DNA of 64,000 nt from a virus (IMGVR_UViG_3300021387_000529:1-64000), one strand, 5' to 3'; numbered from the stretch's first letter, positions 5,615 through 15,349 are shown. Program-made: numbers and translations. Notes: generated by a model from the sequence alone, not told the origin.

Positions 5615-5756
5615 TTCCGTATTCCTTATTTGAGTTGCTGTTAATCAGCAGCTTTATATTTTATAGATTAATTAGTTAGTTGCGTTTTTTCGCAAAAATT
5701 ACCAATTTTTTTAAGAGCGATAAGGTTGCATTTATCGCTCTTATATGAATTAAAGA

Positions 5757-6344
5757 TTAATTATCTTCATTCAATTTTTCATCATTCTTTTCCTCAATCT
5801 TTTCCTCAATCTTGAGAGAACCACCAAGAAGTTTCTTAGTTGGCTTTACCTCAGGTCTTGGGTCAACCGTAATAGAAAGAAGTCCGTCCTGCAAGTCACA
5901 TTTTGCTGTTGATGCATCATGGAAACGTGGGTCGAATGTAAAAGACAAAACTTCGTCAGTAACGAGTTTCAATCCTTTATATTCGTATGCCTTGTCTTTA
6001 TTCTCTTTGCGGCCGAATGAAACGATGATTTTGTTGTCATCAATTTCTGCCTTAAACTCATTTTCCTTAACACCGCAAGCTGCGATGTCGATGTGAAGTT
6101 CCTTAGTTTCAGGGTCTACATATTTGCTGCTTGGAGGGAATGCCGAATTGCAAGCGATGCGATTTGTTTTTGGAGGTGTCAAACGCATAAATTCGTCTGT
6201 AAAATCATTTGCTCCTGTGAACAAACCTTCGAGCATGTCTGAAAATGTTGGGATTTTTCCAAGAATAGACTCTGCGTTCTCATCATTGATGGAACCTTTC
6301 TGAACATTACCATTGTGGTTAATGTAATAAGTACCTTTCATCAT
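5757..6344 (-). CDS. Small heat-shock protein (Hsp20/alpha-crystallin)
   Basis: PP...LHIDIAACGVKENEFKAEIDDNKIIVS...AKCDLQDGLLSITV; start reassigned to ATG 6344 after GAGGAG RBS. Confidence 0.85.
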   Translation of the reverse strand: MMKGTYYINHNGNVQKGSINDENAESILGKIPTFSDMLEGLFTGANDFTDEFMRLTPPKTNRIACNSAFPPSSKYVDPETKELHIDIAACGVKENEFKAEIDDNKIIVSFGRKENKDKAYEYKGLKLVTDEVLSFTFDPRFHDASTAKCDLQDGLLSITVDPRPEVKPTKKLLGGSLKIEEKIEEKNDEKLNEDN

Positions 6345-6500
6345 TTTGTTTTCTCCTCGGCTACAATATTTGTCATTCATTACGATATGCGCATATGTGC
6401 CATTATTTATATGGGATTGAAAATTCATGCAACCTACGATATTTTCAATCTCTATATTATAATTAGTATGTTTATTATGTGTGCAACTAAATATTTTATT

Positions 6501-8516
6501 ATGACTGAAAAAATGGATTTTTATGGTATTCGTGATATTATGAACGAAACCCTTAATGAGAAAAAAGCTTTTGTTCCTCGCCATGGGGATAAAGAAAGTC
6601 TTGATAATATTACTGCGCAATTGAATGAAGCAAAAATGCATCCATGCGTATTTTTGAATAATCATGCAATTGGAATTGAAGCAGCTGGTGATTTCATGAA
6701 GCTTCTTAATTCTGGTGAAGAACAGTATGCTGATAATGACATGGTTGACAAAGACTTGCTCAAAAATGTGTACAACACTCTTAAAAAGATTTACAAAGAT
6801 GAAGGCAAGAAATTGAAAGAGTCGACTATGTTTGACTCTGTTCTAAAAGAAAGCGGAATTGAAGTTTATCCAGAAGATGGAAAATTGAAAGCACGCAATA
6901 TTGGCCAACAAGTTGTTTCATCTCGTACACAGAATAAATTAAATCCACTTGGCACAAGAGATGTTGCCAAGCCTTTGACACCAACACAAAAAGCAGTAAC
7001 TTCTACTGTTTTAAACATCCTCAATGATAAAGGAAAAGCTGGTGACATCAATTCTGAGTTTGACACTAACCCACGCCCAGACATTACATTGATGGCAAAT
7101 GGTGATGCAGTTATCACGCCAGATGGACAGAAAAGTCGCTCATATAAAATTCCTGCAAGTGAAATTGACGCTCACATGAAAGAGTCAGATAGAAAGAAAG
7201 ACACTCTAAAAAACCTTCATTTGAGAGAGTTTGCTTCAAATCAGCTTGTAAATTATTTTATGAAAAAAGGTGTTGAACGTTACTTTAACGAATACATCAT
7301 TTGTATCGATGATGACTGGTATACACCAAATGAATGGATTGATGAAGAAAACCTCGAAAATGACTATGGCGTAGAATACATTTTTGAAATGGTTGAGCAA
7401 GCTGTAAAGAAGTCGTTAAGATACCTAAAAAGTCTGGGAGTTACTCTTGATGATGAAAGTGATGAAAGTTACAATATGGAACTTATGAAAGAGTTTCTTG
7501 ATAAAATAGCAGAGACTGACACAAAGCTTTTTGAAAATCACAAGCTTAATGAAGCAAGAGCATTCCCTCATTCAAGTGGCTTTGGTCTTTCAGGACATTA
7601 TGATTATGAAGAGCCTAAAGATGATTCACTTTATATCGCAACGGAAACAAATGAAGATGATGGTGAACTCTACTTTGATGAGAAAGGCAATACAACTGAG
7701 TTTAAGACTGACGCAAAAAAGTTTACATCTAAAGAAGATGCTTTAGAATTTGCAAAGAATAATGTTATTTTTGGAGAACCTGGAACAAAGCTTTTTGAGT
7801 CAAAAACAGAACCTACACAGCGTATCAACCAAATGAAAAAAGATGGCAAAATAAATAAAAATGCAAAGCCTACTATTATGAAGGAATATGTTTCCAATCA
7901 AATAACAAATACATTTATGAGACACGGTGTTGAAAAATACTTCCACGAATATATTATTGTAGTTGATGATGATTGGTATACACCGTGTGAGTTTATAAGT
8001 GAGAATGGACTTGAAGACAGCTTTGGCCCTGAATATGTTTTTGAGCAGGTTGTTATTGCAGTAAAGTCATCAATAAGATGGTTGAAAAATCAAGGTATTC
8101 AGCCTGATGAAAATGATGAAGATGTGTCTTACAACCTTTGGGAAATGATTGATTTCGTTGGTTCATTAAAGAAAAGTGACGCTCTTAATGAGTCTAATGT
8201 TGTTATTGCACAATGGAGAAGAGACACAGCTGAAAGACTTATTAAAGAAGCAAATAAAATAGACCCTAGCTATTCTTTTGTTGAATATGACATAGGTCCT
8301 AAAAAAGAAATTAAACATAAGATTTATAAAAATGATAATGAATATGTAGGAACCTTTGATGTATTTACTGATGAACCTTATAATTCACCTTATCGATTTT
8401 TCTTCAATCATGTCAATCTTCCAAATGTAGAATTTCAAGGCATGGATATTGATGAATTCGATAAGATGTTTAAAGACTTCATTACGACTGATAAGAGACT
8501 TGGACATAAACGTTAA
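6501..8516 (+). CDS. Modular acidic protein with internal duplication; putative capsid-internal polyprotein
   Basis: Repeated ~90-aa module (E[FY]xSNQ...EYII..DDDWYTP) and many LNE/LKES/LFES motifs; likely start ATG 6501 after ACTAAAT. Confidence 0.65.
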   Translation: MTEKMDFYGIRDIMNETLNEKKAFVPRHGDKESLDNITAQLNEAKMHPCVFLNNHAIGIEAAGDFMKLLNSGEEQYADNDMVDKDLLKNVYNTLKKIYKDEGKKLKESTMFDSVLKESGIEVYPEDGKLKARNIGQQVVSSRTQNKLNPLGTRDVAKPLTPTQKAVTSTVLNILNDKGKAGDINSEFDTNPRPDITLMANGDAVITPDGQKSRSYKIPASEIDAHMKESDRKKDTLKNLHLREFASNQLVNYFMKKGVERYFNEYIICIDDDWYTPNEWIDEENLENDYGVEYIFEMVEQAVKKSLRYLKSLGVTLDDESDESYNMELMKEFLDKIAETDTKLFENHKLNEARAFPHSSGFGLSGHYDYEEPKDDSLYIATETNEDDGELYFDEKGNTTEFKTDAKKFTSKEDALEFAKNNVIFGEPGTKLFESKTEPTQRINQMKKDGKINKNAKPTIMKEYVSNQITNTFMRHGVEKYFHEYIIVVDDDWYTPCEFISENGLEDSFGPEYVFEQVVIAVKSSIRWLKNQGIQPDENDEDVSYNLWEMIDFVGSLKKSDALNESNVVIAQWRRDTAERLIKEANKIDPSYSFVEYDIGPKKEIKHKIYKNDNEYVGTFDVFTDEPYNSPYRFFFNHVNLPNVEFQGMDIDEFDKMFKDFITTDKRLGHKR

Positions 8517-8558
8517 TTTCTTATGATGAATTAAACTTACACAGGAGATTATGAAAGT

Positions 8559-9260
8559 ATGAAGATAACAGAATTTTTTGGTATTTTGAAAGGCATCAAC
8601 TTTGATGATGAATATGACTATTTGTCAGTTCATTTTGCAGGCAATTATACAGGCGGCATAAGAGATATTAAAGTTGTAAGCAACAAAGTTATTTTATCTG
8701 GAGAGCACGACCCTCATGGATTCACATTAGGTTTCTTTGACTTGTATAGCAAAATTAAAAAACTTGCTCAGTCAGCTGATGCTTATGATTATGATGTTGT
8801 TTATTTTGTTCCTTCAAAAGGAACATACAATGTAGAGGGAGCAAAAAAGAACCATTATGACTATTCTTATGACGGTGATGGCGTTTATGACTGTTGCGAT
8901 ATATATTGTTCTGATGAAGCTATAAGTGACGGAACTGATGAGTCTCATAACTTCCATGAAGGCTATAATAAAAGCAAACTTTTTGACAAAATCTTAAATG
9001 AGTCATCATTAAAAGAGAATGAATGCTCACTAGAGCAGCTTTTGAGTAAAGCTCATATTAGTGAATATAAAATGGTCAGCAAAAACTCAGCTTTGGTTAG
9101 AGTTCGGACTTCTCCTGCATTATTAACGTCTGACTCAATGGCTGCACATTTTGAAGAAGACATTCCAGACGGATATAGACTTGAAGTTGAATATTTAGGT
9201 GAAGACCCTGTTTTAGGCAGGAATCTTGACATATATGAAGTTCAACTTTTAAAAAATTAA
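8559..9260 (+). CDS. Hypothetical protein with LxE motifs
   Basis: ORF with AGGAG RBS; ILNES and LKEN motifs. Confidence 0.7.
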   Translation: MKITEFFGILKGINFDDEYDYLSVHFAGNYTGGIRDIKVVSNKVILSGEHDPHGFTLGFFDLYSKIKKLAQSADAYDYDVVYFVPSKGTYNVEGAKKNHYDYSYDGDGVYDCCDIYCSDEAISDGTDESHNFHEGYNKSKLFDKILNESSLKENECSLEQLLSKAHISEYKMVSKNSALVRVRTSPALLTSDSMAAHFEEDIPDGYRLEVEYLGEDPVLGRNLDIYEVQLLKN

Positions 9261-9273
9261 GAGGAGATATACT

Positions 9274-9603
9274 ATGTTTGTAGGTAATGAGTTCAAAGAA
9301 GACCCTTCATCTGAAGTGAATCCACTAAAAGTATTTGGTACTGATGAATTAGAAGATGTTTGGTATGGCTTAGCAGATGGCTTGAGTAAGACTTTTATAA
9401 GAGCTCTTATAAGAGATTTTCAATTAACCATTTGGTATAAGGATAAAAGTAGAGTTCGTGGAACTTCATTTTTTTATGAAATTGATGAAGTAGACAAAGC
9501 TTATGAAAAGATTCATAAATGGGTAAGCGATGGTGCTAAGATTCTTAAAATTGAATTAACTCCTAGGTTAAAAAGCACTTTCATAGACATACAGATAGAC
9601 TAA
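9274..9603 (+). CDS. Hypothetical protein
   Basis: ORF with GAGGAG RBS. Confidence 0.7.
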   Translation: MFVGNEFKEDPSSEVNPLKVFGTDELEDVWYGLADGLSKTFIRALIRDFQLTIWYKDKSRVRGTSFFYEIDEVDKAYEKIHKWVSDGAKILKIELTPRLKSTFIDIQID

Positions 9604-9617
9604 ACAGGGAAAATGTA

Positions 9618-10955
9618 ATGGAAAAACTTTTTGAAAGTGATAACAAATATAAAGCAAAAGTTGCAGGAAAAGGTTGGCTCAAAGGTAATGGCTTTGTTGA
9701 TGACGAAAGCGAAGCTGATACTTTTGAGTCAAAAACTGAGCCTACACAGCGCATCAATCAAATGAAAAAAGATGGTAAATTGAATAAAAATGCAGAAATT
9801 ACCACAAAAAAATTAAGTGAGTCGCAAACTCGTGGCCTTGAAACATACGCAGATATTATCAATTTGAAATATGACTTGATTGATGAGCATAAAGACGTGT
9901 GGGGTGATAATACTGCTGATGAAATGGATAGCATTGTTATCAGGCTAGGTGACACACATGGAAAAGGACTAGCTGCTTCAGGCATTCTTAAAAATGGAAA
10001 GATTGGAATTATCATAAGTCCAATTTGTGCCGCATTTGCAAAAGAAGACATTGATAATATTGTTCTTCATGAGCTTGCGCATTGTGCAGTGTATTTTACA
10101 TTTGGTTCATTCTGCAAAAATGAAAATGGTGGACATAATGAAAATTGGCACTATTATGTCGACCAACTTAATGAAAAAGGCTTTGACATCCGTGAGGTTG
10201 TTGACGACAGCTATCTCGATGAAATTGAAGAAAGAATGGATAAGCTTTCTGAGGCTGTAACTACGAAATATATGGCATGTTGCTATGACCCAGAAGACTA
10301 TTATGAAGAAACAAATTATATTGATGAAGATGGCGAATTGAAATGCAATTCTTCACGCGCAAAATTATTTGACACTGAAGATGAAGCTATTGACTATGCT
10401 GATGATAATAAACCTTACGGTTGGGTGTCATTTGCTATGCCTTTTAACACTATGCTTGATGAGGCAACTATCCCACAAGCTAAAAGATTTGCTACTCGTA
10501 AACATGGTGAAAGAAATCAAATTCGTAAAGCAACTGGCGCTCCATATATCGTTCATCCAGAAGGCGTTGCCGCACTTGTGAAAGAATTTGGTGGTGATGA
10601 TGAGCAAATTCAAGCTGCATGGCTTCATGATACGATGGAAGATACTGGAACATGGAAAGATGACCTTGCTGAAAAGTTTGGTGATAGAGTTGCTAACATT
10701 GTTGATGAGCTTACAAATGATAACTACACTATTCGCTCTCTTGGAAGCAAAGAAAATTACATGAACCAAAAACTTTGTCATTTAAGCCATGATGCTCTTC
10801 TTGTTAAACTTTGTGATATGCTTTACAACCATGAAGACTTCCCACCTATGCAACAGAAAATGCGTATTGAAAAGAATATCCGTTATTTGATGCAAAATCG
10901 TGAGCTTACTGAGAATGAATGGCAGATTTGCAATAAAATTGTAAGTGGAGACTAA
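9618..10955 (+). CDS. Polyprotein: SprT-like zincin plus RelA/SpoT(Mesh1)-type HD hydrolase
   Basis: VLHELAH...GGHNENW; AKRFATRKH...Q.RK...PYIVHP...AAWLHDTMEDT...FG..VA..V..LT...VKLCDMLYN. Confidence 0.85.
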   Translation: MEKLFESDNKYKAKVAGKGWLKGNGFVDDESEADTFESKTEPTQRINQMKKDGKLNKNAEITTKKLSESQTRGLETYADIINLKYDLIDEHKDVWGDNTADEMDSIVIRLGDTHGKGLAASGILKNGKIGIIISPICAAFAKEDIDNIVLHELAHCAVYFTFGSFCKNENGGHNENWHYYVDQLNEKGFDIREVVDDSYLDEIEERMDKLSEAVTTKYMACCYDPEDYYEETNYIDEDGELKCNSSRAKLFDTEDEAIDYADDNKPYGWVSFAMPFNTMLDEATIPQAKRFATRKHGERNQIRKATGAPYIVHPEGVAALVKEFGGDDEQIQAAWLHDTMEDTGTWKDDLAEKFGDRVANIVDELTNDNYTIRSLGSKENYMNQKLCHLSHDALLVKLCDMLYNHEDFPPMQQKMRIEKNIRYLMQNRELTENEWQICNKIVSGD

Positions 10956-10961
10956 TTTTAT

Positions 10962-11498
10962 ATGAATGAAGAAAATGAAGACGAATTGCAAAACAAAGAT
11001 GGAAGCGCCGACAATCCTGTCACAAATCCATCAACAAATACTCCAATACAAGATGGACAAATCCCACAAGACAATGCTGCTGTTGCTGATGGTAGTGCTG
11101 ATGCTCTTGGCCTTGAAAATATAGAAGTCAAATTTGAAAGTGGAAACTATTCTCAATTTGCAATGCTTCCTGTTACAATTGGACAGAAAGTAAATGCTTT
11201 GACAAAGACTTTGGTTCCTTTGATTGAAGTTGCTTTGATTGAATTGACGGGCTCTTCTACACAGTATAAAAGAACTTCTGCTTTAATTACACCATCTTTT
11301 GACCAAAATGCAAATCTATTGGTTAATTTTAATATTGTTTATACTGTGCCAGGTTACATTGGCGTAGACTTTGAGTATAAAGACTTGCAAGATGACTCAA
11401 AATATGTTTATGATAGAATTTCACCAGCTGGAATAAAAATTACTAAATGTGAGATTGATACTTCTTCTGGCGAAGTTACAATCAATGGAGAATTTTAA
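10962..11498 (+). CDS. Hypothetical protein
   Basis: ORF preceded by ACTAATT. Confidence 0.7.
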   Translation: MNEENEDELQNKDGSADNPVTNPSTNTPIQDGQIPQDNAAVADGSADALGLENIEVKFESGNYSQFAMLPVTIGQKVNALTKTLVPLIEVALIELTGSSTQYKRTSALITPSFDQNANLLVNFNIVYTVPGYIGVDFEYKDLQDDSKYVYDRISPAGIKITKCEIDTSSGEVTINGEF

Positions 11499-11501
11499 CA
11501 G

Positions 11502-12386
11502 ATGAATTTTAAAGACTTGCTTCGCTTGAATGAAGATGTTGTAATGCAGAAAAAGATTGAAGACCTCGGAAAAAATAAACAAGATGGCAAAAAGCAGAAT
11601 TTCGATGACTACATCAAAACTGACATTGAAAATAGAATTAAAAATGGCGCCGATTTTTCTAAGGTAAAAGACTGGAAAAAATTCTCTTCTAATGTGAAAA
11701 CCATCGCTGATGCAAAAGGAATGGACAATGCTCCAAAAGATGAGAAAGACGCTGAAGATAGAATTCAATCTGAAGTTTTGAAACAGATGACTAATGAAGG
11801 TGGTGAAAATACTAATCCAGATGCAACTGTTCAGGCTGAAAAAGAAATTGATGAACTCACAAAACAAATTCAAGAGTCTTGGATTCCGGAGCTTCATAAG
11901 TCTTTACGTGAAGAAATTCTTAAAAAAAAACTAATTTCAGCAGCGTGTGTATTCATTGACCTTGACAGCTTAAAAATGCTTGGTGCTCATTCTACACAAG
12001 AATGGGCACGAAAAAGTCATCAAGACAAAGGACCATGGGGACTTCCAAAAGGCCAGATTGATGAAGGTGAAAACTCTACTGAAGCAGTTATTCGTGAAAT
12101 AAAAGAAGAAATGAACTATGACATTGATACTTCTAAATTGCGCCATATTGGCATTGTAAAATATCTTCCAGTAAAAGACCTAGACATTTTTGTCTATCCA
12201 GTTTCTAGTGGAGAGCTTGAGAACTTAGCACAAACTTCAAAATGTGTTTCATATTTTGAAAACAAAGCTGGTGTTCAACAGCCTGAAATTGACGACTTCA
12301 AAGTTTGTACATTAGAAGAGCTTGGAAAAAGATACCAAATGTCTATAAAGTCAGCGCTTAGTGACATTTTCAGCGATAGTGAATGA
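11502..12386 (+). CDS. NUDIX hydrolase with N-terminal LxE-containing extension
   Basis: WGLPKGQIDEGENSTEAVIREIKEEMN Nudix box. Confidence 0.88.
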   Translation: MNFKDLLRLNEDVVMQKKIEDLGKNKQDGKKQNFDDYIKTDIENRIKNGADFSKVKDWKKFSSNVKTIADAKGMDNAPKDEKDAEDRIQSEVLKQMTNEGGENTNPDATVQAEKEIDELTKQIQESWIPELHKSLREEILKKKLISAACVFIDLDSLKMLGAHSTQEWARKSHQDKGPWGLPKGQIDEGENSTEAVIREIKEEMNYDIDTSKLRHIGIVKYLPVKDLDIFVYPVSSGELENLAQTSKCVSYFENKAGVQQPEIDDFKVCTLEELGKRYQMSIKSALSDIFSDSE

Positions 12387-12977
12387 TTGTTTGATGAGCT
12401 CATATAAATTGAGTTCATTATATTTTATATAATGCGCATCTGTTGCGAAAGAATACCCAATCAAAAATTTTTTAATTTCGTTTGTCTGCGGATGACGATA
12501 TAAATACCCATAGTCTGGTTTTTTATCTAAAATAAACTTTTCAATATGAGGACTTTCTTTTGAAAGTCCTTCTTTTTTTATATCATGAAACTCTGTGTAA
12601 TTATTGATAAGTGTTTTTGTTGCGTAATCAAACTTTTTCAAATATTCAACATGTACATAAAAGTCTTTTATTTTAAGGTCTTTTGCATTTACTGAAAAAT
12701 ATGCAATTGGATATTTATCAACATACTCAGTTTTGAACGGTTTGTTTTTCAAAATAATATCTACTGATTTTTTGTCAGAAATTTTTTCTAATTTCCATGG
12801 ATAAAATTCTTCAATGTCAAAGTCTAAATTCAATTTACAATACATGACATATGGATAATTTTTTCTTTCTAATAAAAGACAATACCCAAGCAAATTAAGA
12901 TTTGCATCATAAACCATTTCAATAGGCGTAGTTGGCAAAATATAGAAGCCGTTTAACTTTTCTAAACCTTTTAACAT
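12351..12977 (-). CDS. Hypothetical protein
   Basis: 208-aa ORF with phage-like codon usage. Confidence 0.65.
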   Translation of the reverse strand: MLKGLEKLNGFYILPTTPIEMVYDANLNLLGYCLLLERKNYPYVMYCKLNLDFDIEEFYPWKLEKISDKKSVDIILKNKPFKTEYVDKYPIAYFSVNAKDLKIKDFYVHVEYLKKFDYATKTLINNYTEFHDIKKEGLSKESPHIEKFILDKKPDYGYLYRHPQTNEIKKFLIGYSFATDAHYIKYNELNLYELIKQSFTIAENVTKR

Positions 12978-13000
12978 ATATAAATAATAAGTCGTAAAAT

Positions 13001-13027
13001 AAAAAAGGGAGCCGAAGCTCCCATTTT
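13001..13027 (-). terminator. Intrinsic terminator
   Basis: GGGAGC-TTCG-GCTCCC-TTTTTT downstream of 13047-14492. Confidence 0.8.
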
Positions 13028-13046
13028 GATTTTTTAATTTTTTAGA

Positions 13047-14492
13047 TTAAAACATTGCTCCACATACTGGGCAGTGTGTTACACCTTCTTCTGGAGAGAG
13101 TGCTCCACAGTCATCACACTGAAGCAAGTCGTCTTTTCTGTCCCAAACGATTGAAACTTTTCCATCTTTAACTTCAACATCCTGAACACGAGCTTTAATT
13201 TCTGGGCTCATGAATTCCCAACCTTTAAGAAGAGCAATCTTGTCAGCTGAAAGTCCGCTCTCTTCAGTTGCAGGTGCTGAGCGTGTTCTGCGTGTTGCAG
13301 GTGCTGGCTCTTCAGATGTAACCGGCTGCATTGTGTCAAATGATGCTGGTGTAGCCATTGGGTCAGGCATTGTGTCGACTGAAGTTGCAGCATTAAACTC
13401 TTCCTTGCTCATGTTGAGATTTTCCTGAATAGCTTTGTTCTCAGCTGCTGCCTGTTCTTTCTCTTCTTTTGCATAGATTTTAGCAAAATATTCTTTTTCT
13501 TTTGCTACAAGACCATTAAGCTCTTCAGTGAACTTTGTGCCCAACTGAGCGTCACAAAGTTTGAACAAACCAGAGATACGTTTCTGAATTTTCTGATATG
13601 TTGTAGGCTGGAAGAACTTGTCGAGGTCGTAGCGTTCATAAGAGCGCTCTTCATCAGTCATTGGACCAACTTTGATGATATTCTCATCTACTGTTGAACC
13701 ATCATCATTTCCAAGCTCTTCGAGCATGTCTTTTTCTTTCATCTTAGAAGCATTTACAACTTCCCAAGGATTTTCTTTGATGCCAGTTTTCTTGAAACCA
13801 AGACAATATTTCTCGAATGAACCATCTTTTCCAAGAATTGAAGCAATCTTCTGTACTGAGCCATAAGACTTAATACCAGGTTTTGCCCATACACGGTTCT
13901 GGTCATCGATATTCAAGTCGCGGCACAAAATCTTAGTGTGTTTGTTCTCTGCACACCAATTGTCCTTGTAGTCAATACAGTTGTAGATTGAAACACGGTC
14001 ACCACGATAACCAGTAGAGAACTGATAAGTCTTTCCATCAGTTGGTTTGAAACCACCTTTTGAAACAAGTTCAAAGATTTCTGGATGAGCAGTCTTGTTC
14101 TTGTAAACCCAATCACCGTTAATTTTCACTTTTTCCATAACTTTGTCATAAAGACGAATAAGAATATGGTTGTCAGATGCAATAGCCTGACGAAGAGGCA
14201 ACTTGATTGTAAAGCGTTTGCCCTCGTCATCTTTTACTTCACATGTAATGATTTCTTTTGGGTCGTAAGGTTTGCGTTTGTAACCCTGAGCTTCAGCTCC
14301 GATAGGTGCTCCAAGAAGACGAACTACAGTATAGAAACCTTTTTCACAACCAACATATCCTACTTCGTCGTATTCAGGCTGTTCATAATTTCCGCCATTG
14401 TTCTGATTTTTTGAATCGTCCTGGATTTTCTTAGAATAAGACTTGAAAAACTCGTCATCCAACTCAACACTTTCATTCATAACATCACTCAT
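13047..14492 (-). CDS. Putative gp32-like ssDNA-binding protein with C-terminal Zn ribbon
   Basis: VVRLL, YDLDKFFQPTTYQKI, Ala/Pro-rich linker, CxxC...CPVC; AGGAG RBS. Confidence 0.5.
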   Translation of the reverse strand: MSDVMNESVELDDEFFKSYSKKIQDDSKNQNNGGNYEQPEYDEVGYVGCEKGFYTVVRLLGAPIGAEAQGYKRKPYDPKEIITCEVKDDEGKRFTIKLPLRQAIASDNHILIRLYDKVMEKVKINGDWVYKNKTAHPEIFELVSKGGFKPTDGKTYQFSTGYRGDRVSIYNCIDYKDNWCAENKHTKILCRDLNIDDQNRVWAKPGIKSYGSVQKIASILGKDGSFEKYCLGFKKTGIKENPWEVVNASKMKEKDMLEELGNDDGSTVDENIIKVGPMTDEERSYERYDLDKFFQPTTYQKIQKRISGLFKLCDAQLGTKFTEELNGLVAKEKEYFAKIYAKEEKEQAAAENKAIQENLNMSKEEFNAATSVDTMPDPMATPASFDTMQPVTSEEPAPATRRTRSAPATEESGLSADKIALLKGWEFMSPEIKARVQDVEVKDGKVSIVWDRKDDLLQCDDCGALSPEEGVTHCPVCGAMF

Positions 14493-14573
14493 AATATTTT
14501 CTCCTTTTCACTTATAAGTATTTAACACGTGTTAAATATTTAGTATGAAATTGTTTAAATGATATTCAATATA

Positions 14574-15083
14574 TTAACTGACATACATGTCATTTATAAG
14601 ACGTTTGATTGCATTCTGCACTGTGAGGTAAGGTGTCTTCTCATCTGTCCAAATTTTGCTGTCAGCATGTGCAGTCCATTCACCATTCATAGAATAGTCT
14701 GAAGCAAGCATTTCTTTTACAGCAGGAACTATATCATCATCAATGTCACCATAGAAGCGTGTAATTGCCAATGCTGAAATAAATGCAGACAAGTCATCAG
14801 GAGAAACCTGTGCCATTGGAAAGAAATAGTCTTCATATTGTGACTCAAAAAGTCCAACACCAATTGCAAAGCCAGCTTTGTTAAAAATCTTTCGATTTTT
14901 GATGTTGTTAGTCATTCCAATCGCAACAGTTTTATTGTCAATGTCACTTATTCCAATAAACTCAACATCACAATAATTTCGAAGCCATGCAAGGTTCATT
15001 TCCGTAGCCGGGTCTGCACTTATTGCTGGCTCAACCCACAATTTAAGCGGTCTCTTCTTAGCATCTTCCATTTTTAATGCCAT
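14574..15083 (-). CDS. Hypothetical protein
   Basis: ORF with AGGAG RBS. Confidence 0.7.
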   Translation of the reverse strand: MALKMEDAKKRPLKLWVEPAISADPATEMNLAWLRNYCDVEFIGISDIDNKTVAIGMTNNIKNRKIFNKAGFAIGVGLFESQYEDYFFPMAQVSPDDLSAFISALAITRFYGDIDDDIVPAVKEMLASDYSMNGEWTAHADSKIWTDEKTPYLTVQNAIKRLINDMYVS

Positions 15084-15094
15084 ATACAAAACTC

Positions 15095-15346
15095 CTACCA
15101 GGTAATTGCACCTGGGTCTTCATTATCTTCGTCTTCATCATCATCGAAGACATATCCAGGCGGAGTCAAAACTTTTCCACCTGAGATTTCTTTTGCCAAA
15201 ACATCGATGTTCCAGTCGAAGGTCATGTTGCTTCCATCATCTAGAGTGACAAATGTTTCATTTTCGCCGCTCCATTCCAATTTCGTGATTTTATCAACAT
15301 CAATATATGTTGCGCCATCTTCATCAACTGCAATCATCTTTTTCAT
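15095..15346 (-). CDS. Small acidic hypothetical protein
   Basis: ORF in operon with the RNA ligase. Confidence 0.7.
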   Translation of the reverse strand: MKKMIAVDEDGATYIDVDKITKLEWSGENETFVTLDDGSNMTFDWNIDVLAKEISGGKVLTPPGYVFDDDEDEDNEDPGAITW

Positions 15347-15349
15347 TTG

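Noticed and set aside
2980-5633. ORF-track calls 2980-3183, 4722-5006 and 5418-5633
   Set aside because: They overlap tRNAs or lie antisense to the leader ORF and have no RBS; other short antisense ORFs in the window were treated as shadows for the same reason.
6315-6665. Long N-terminal extensions and overlap of the hsp20 and 733-aa ORFs
   Set aside because: Better starts at 6344 (-) and 6501 (+) leave an AT-rich divergent intergenic region with ACTAATT-like motifs.
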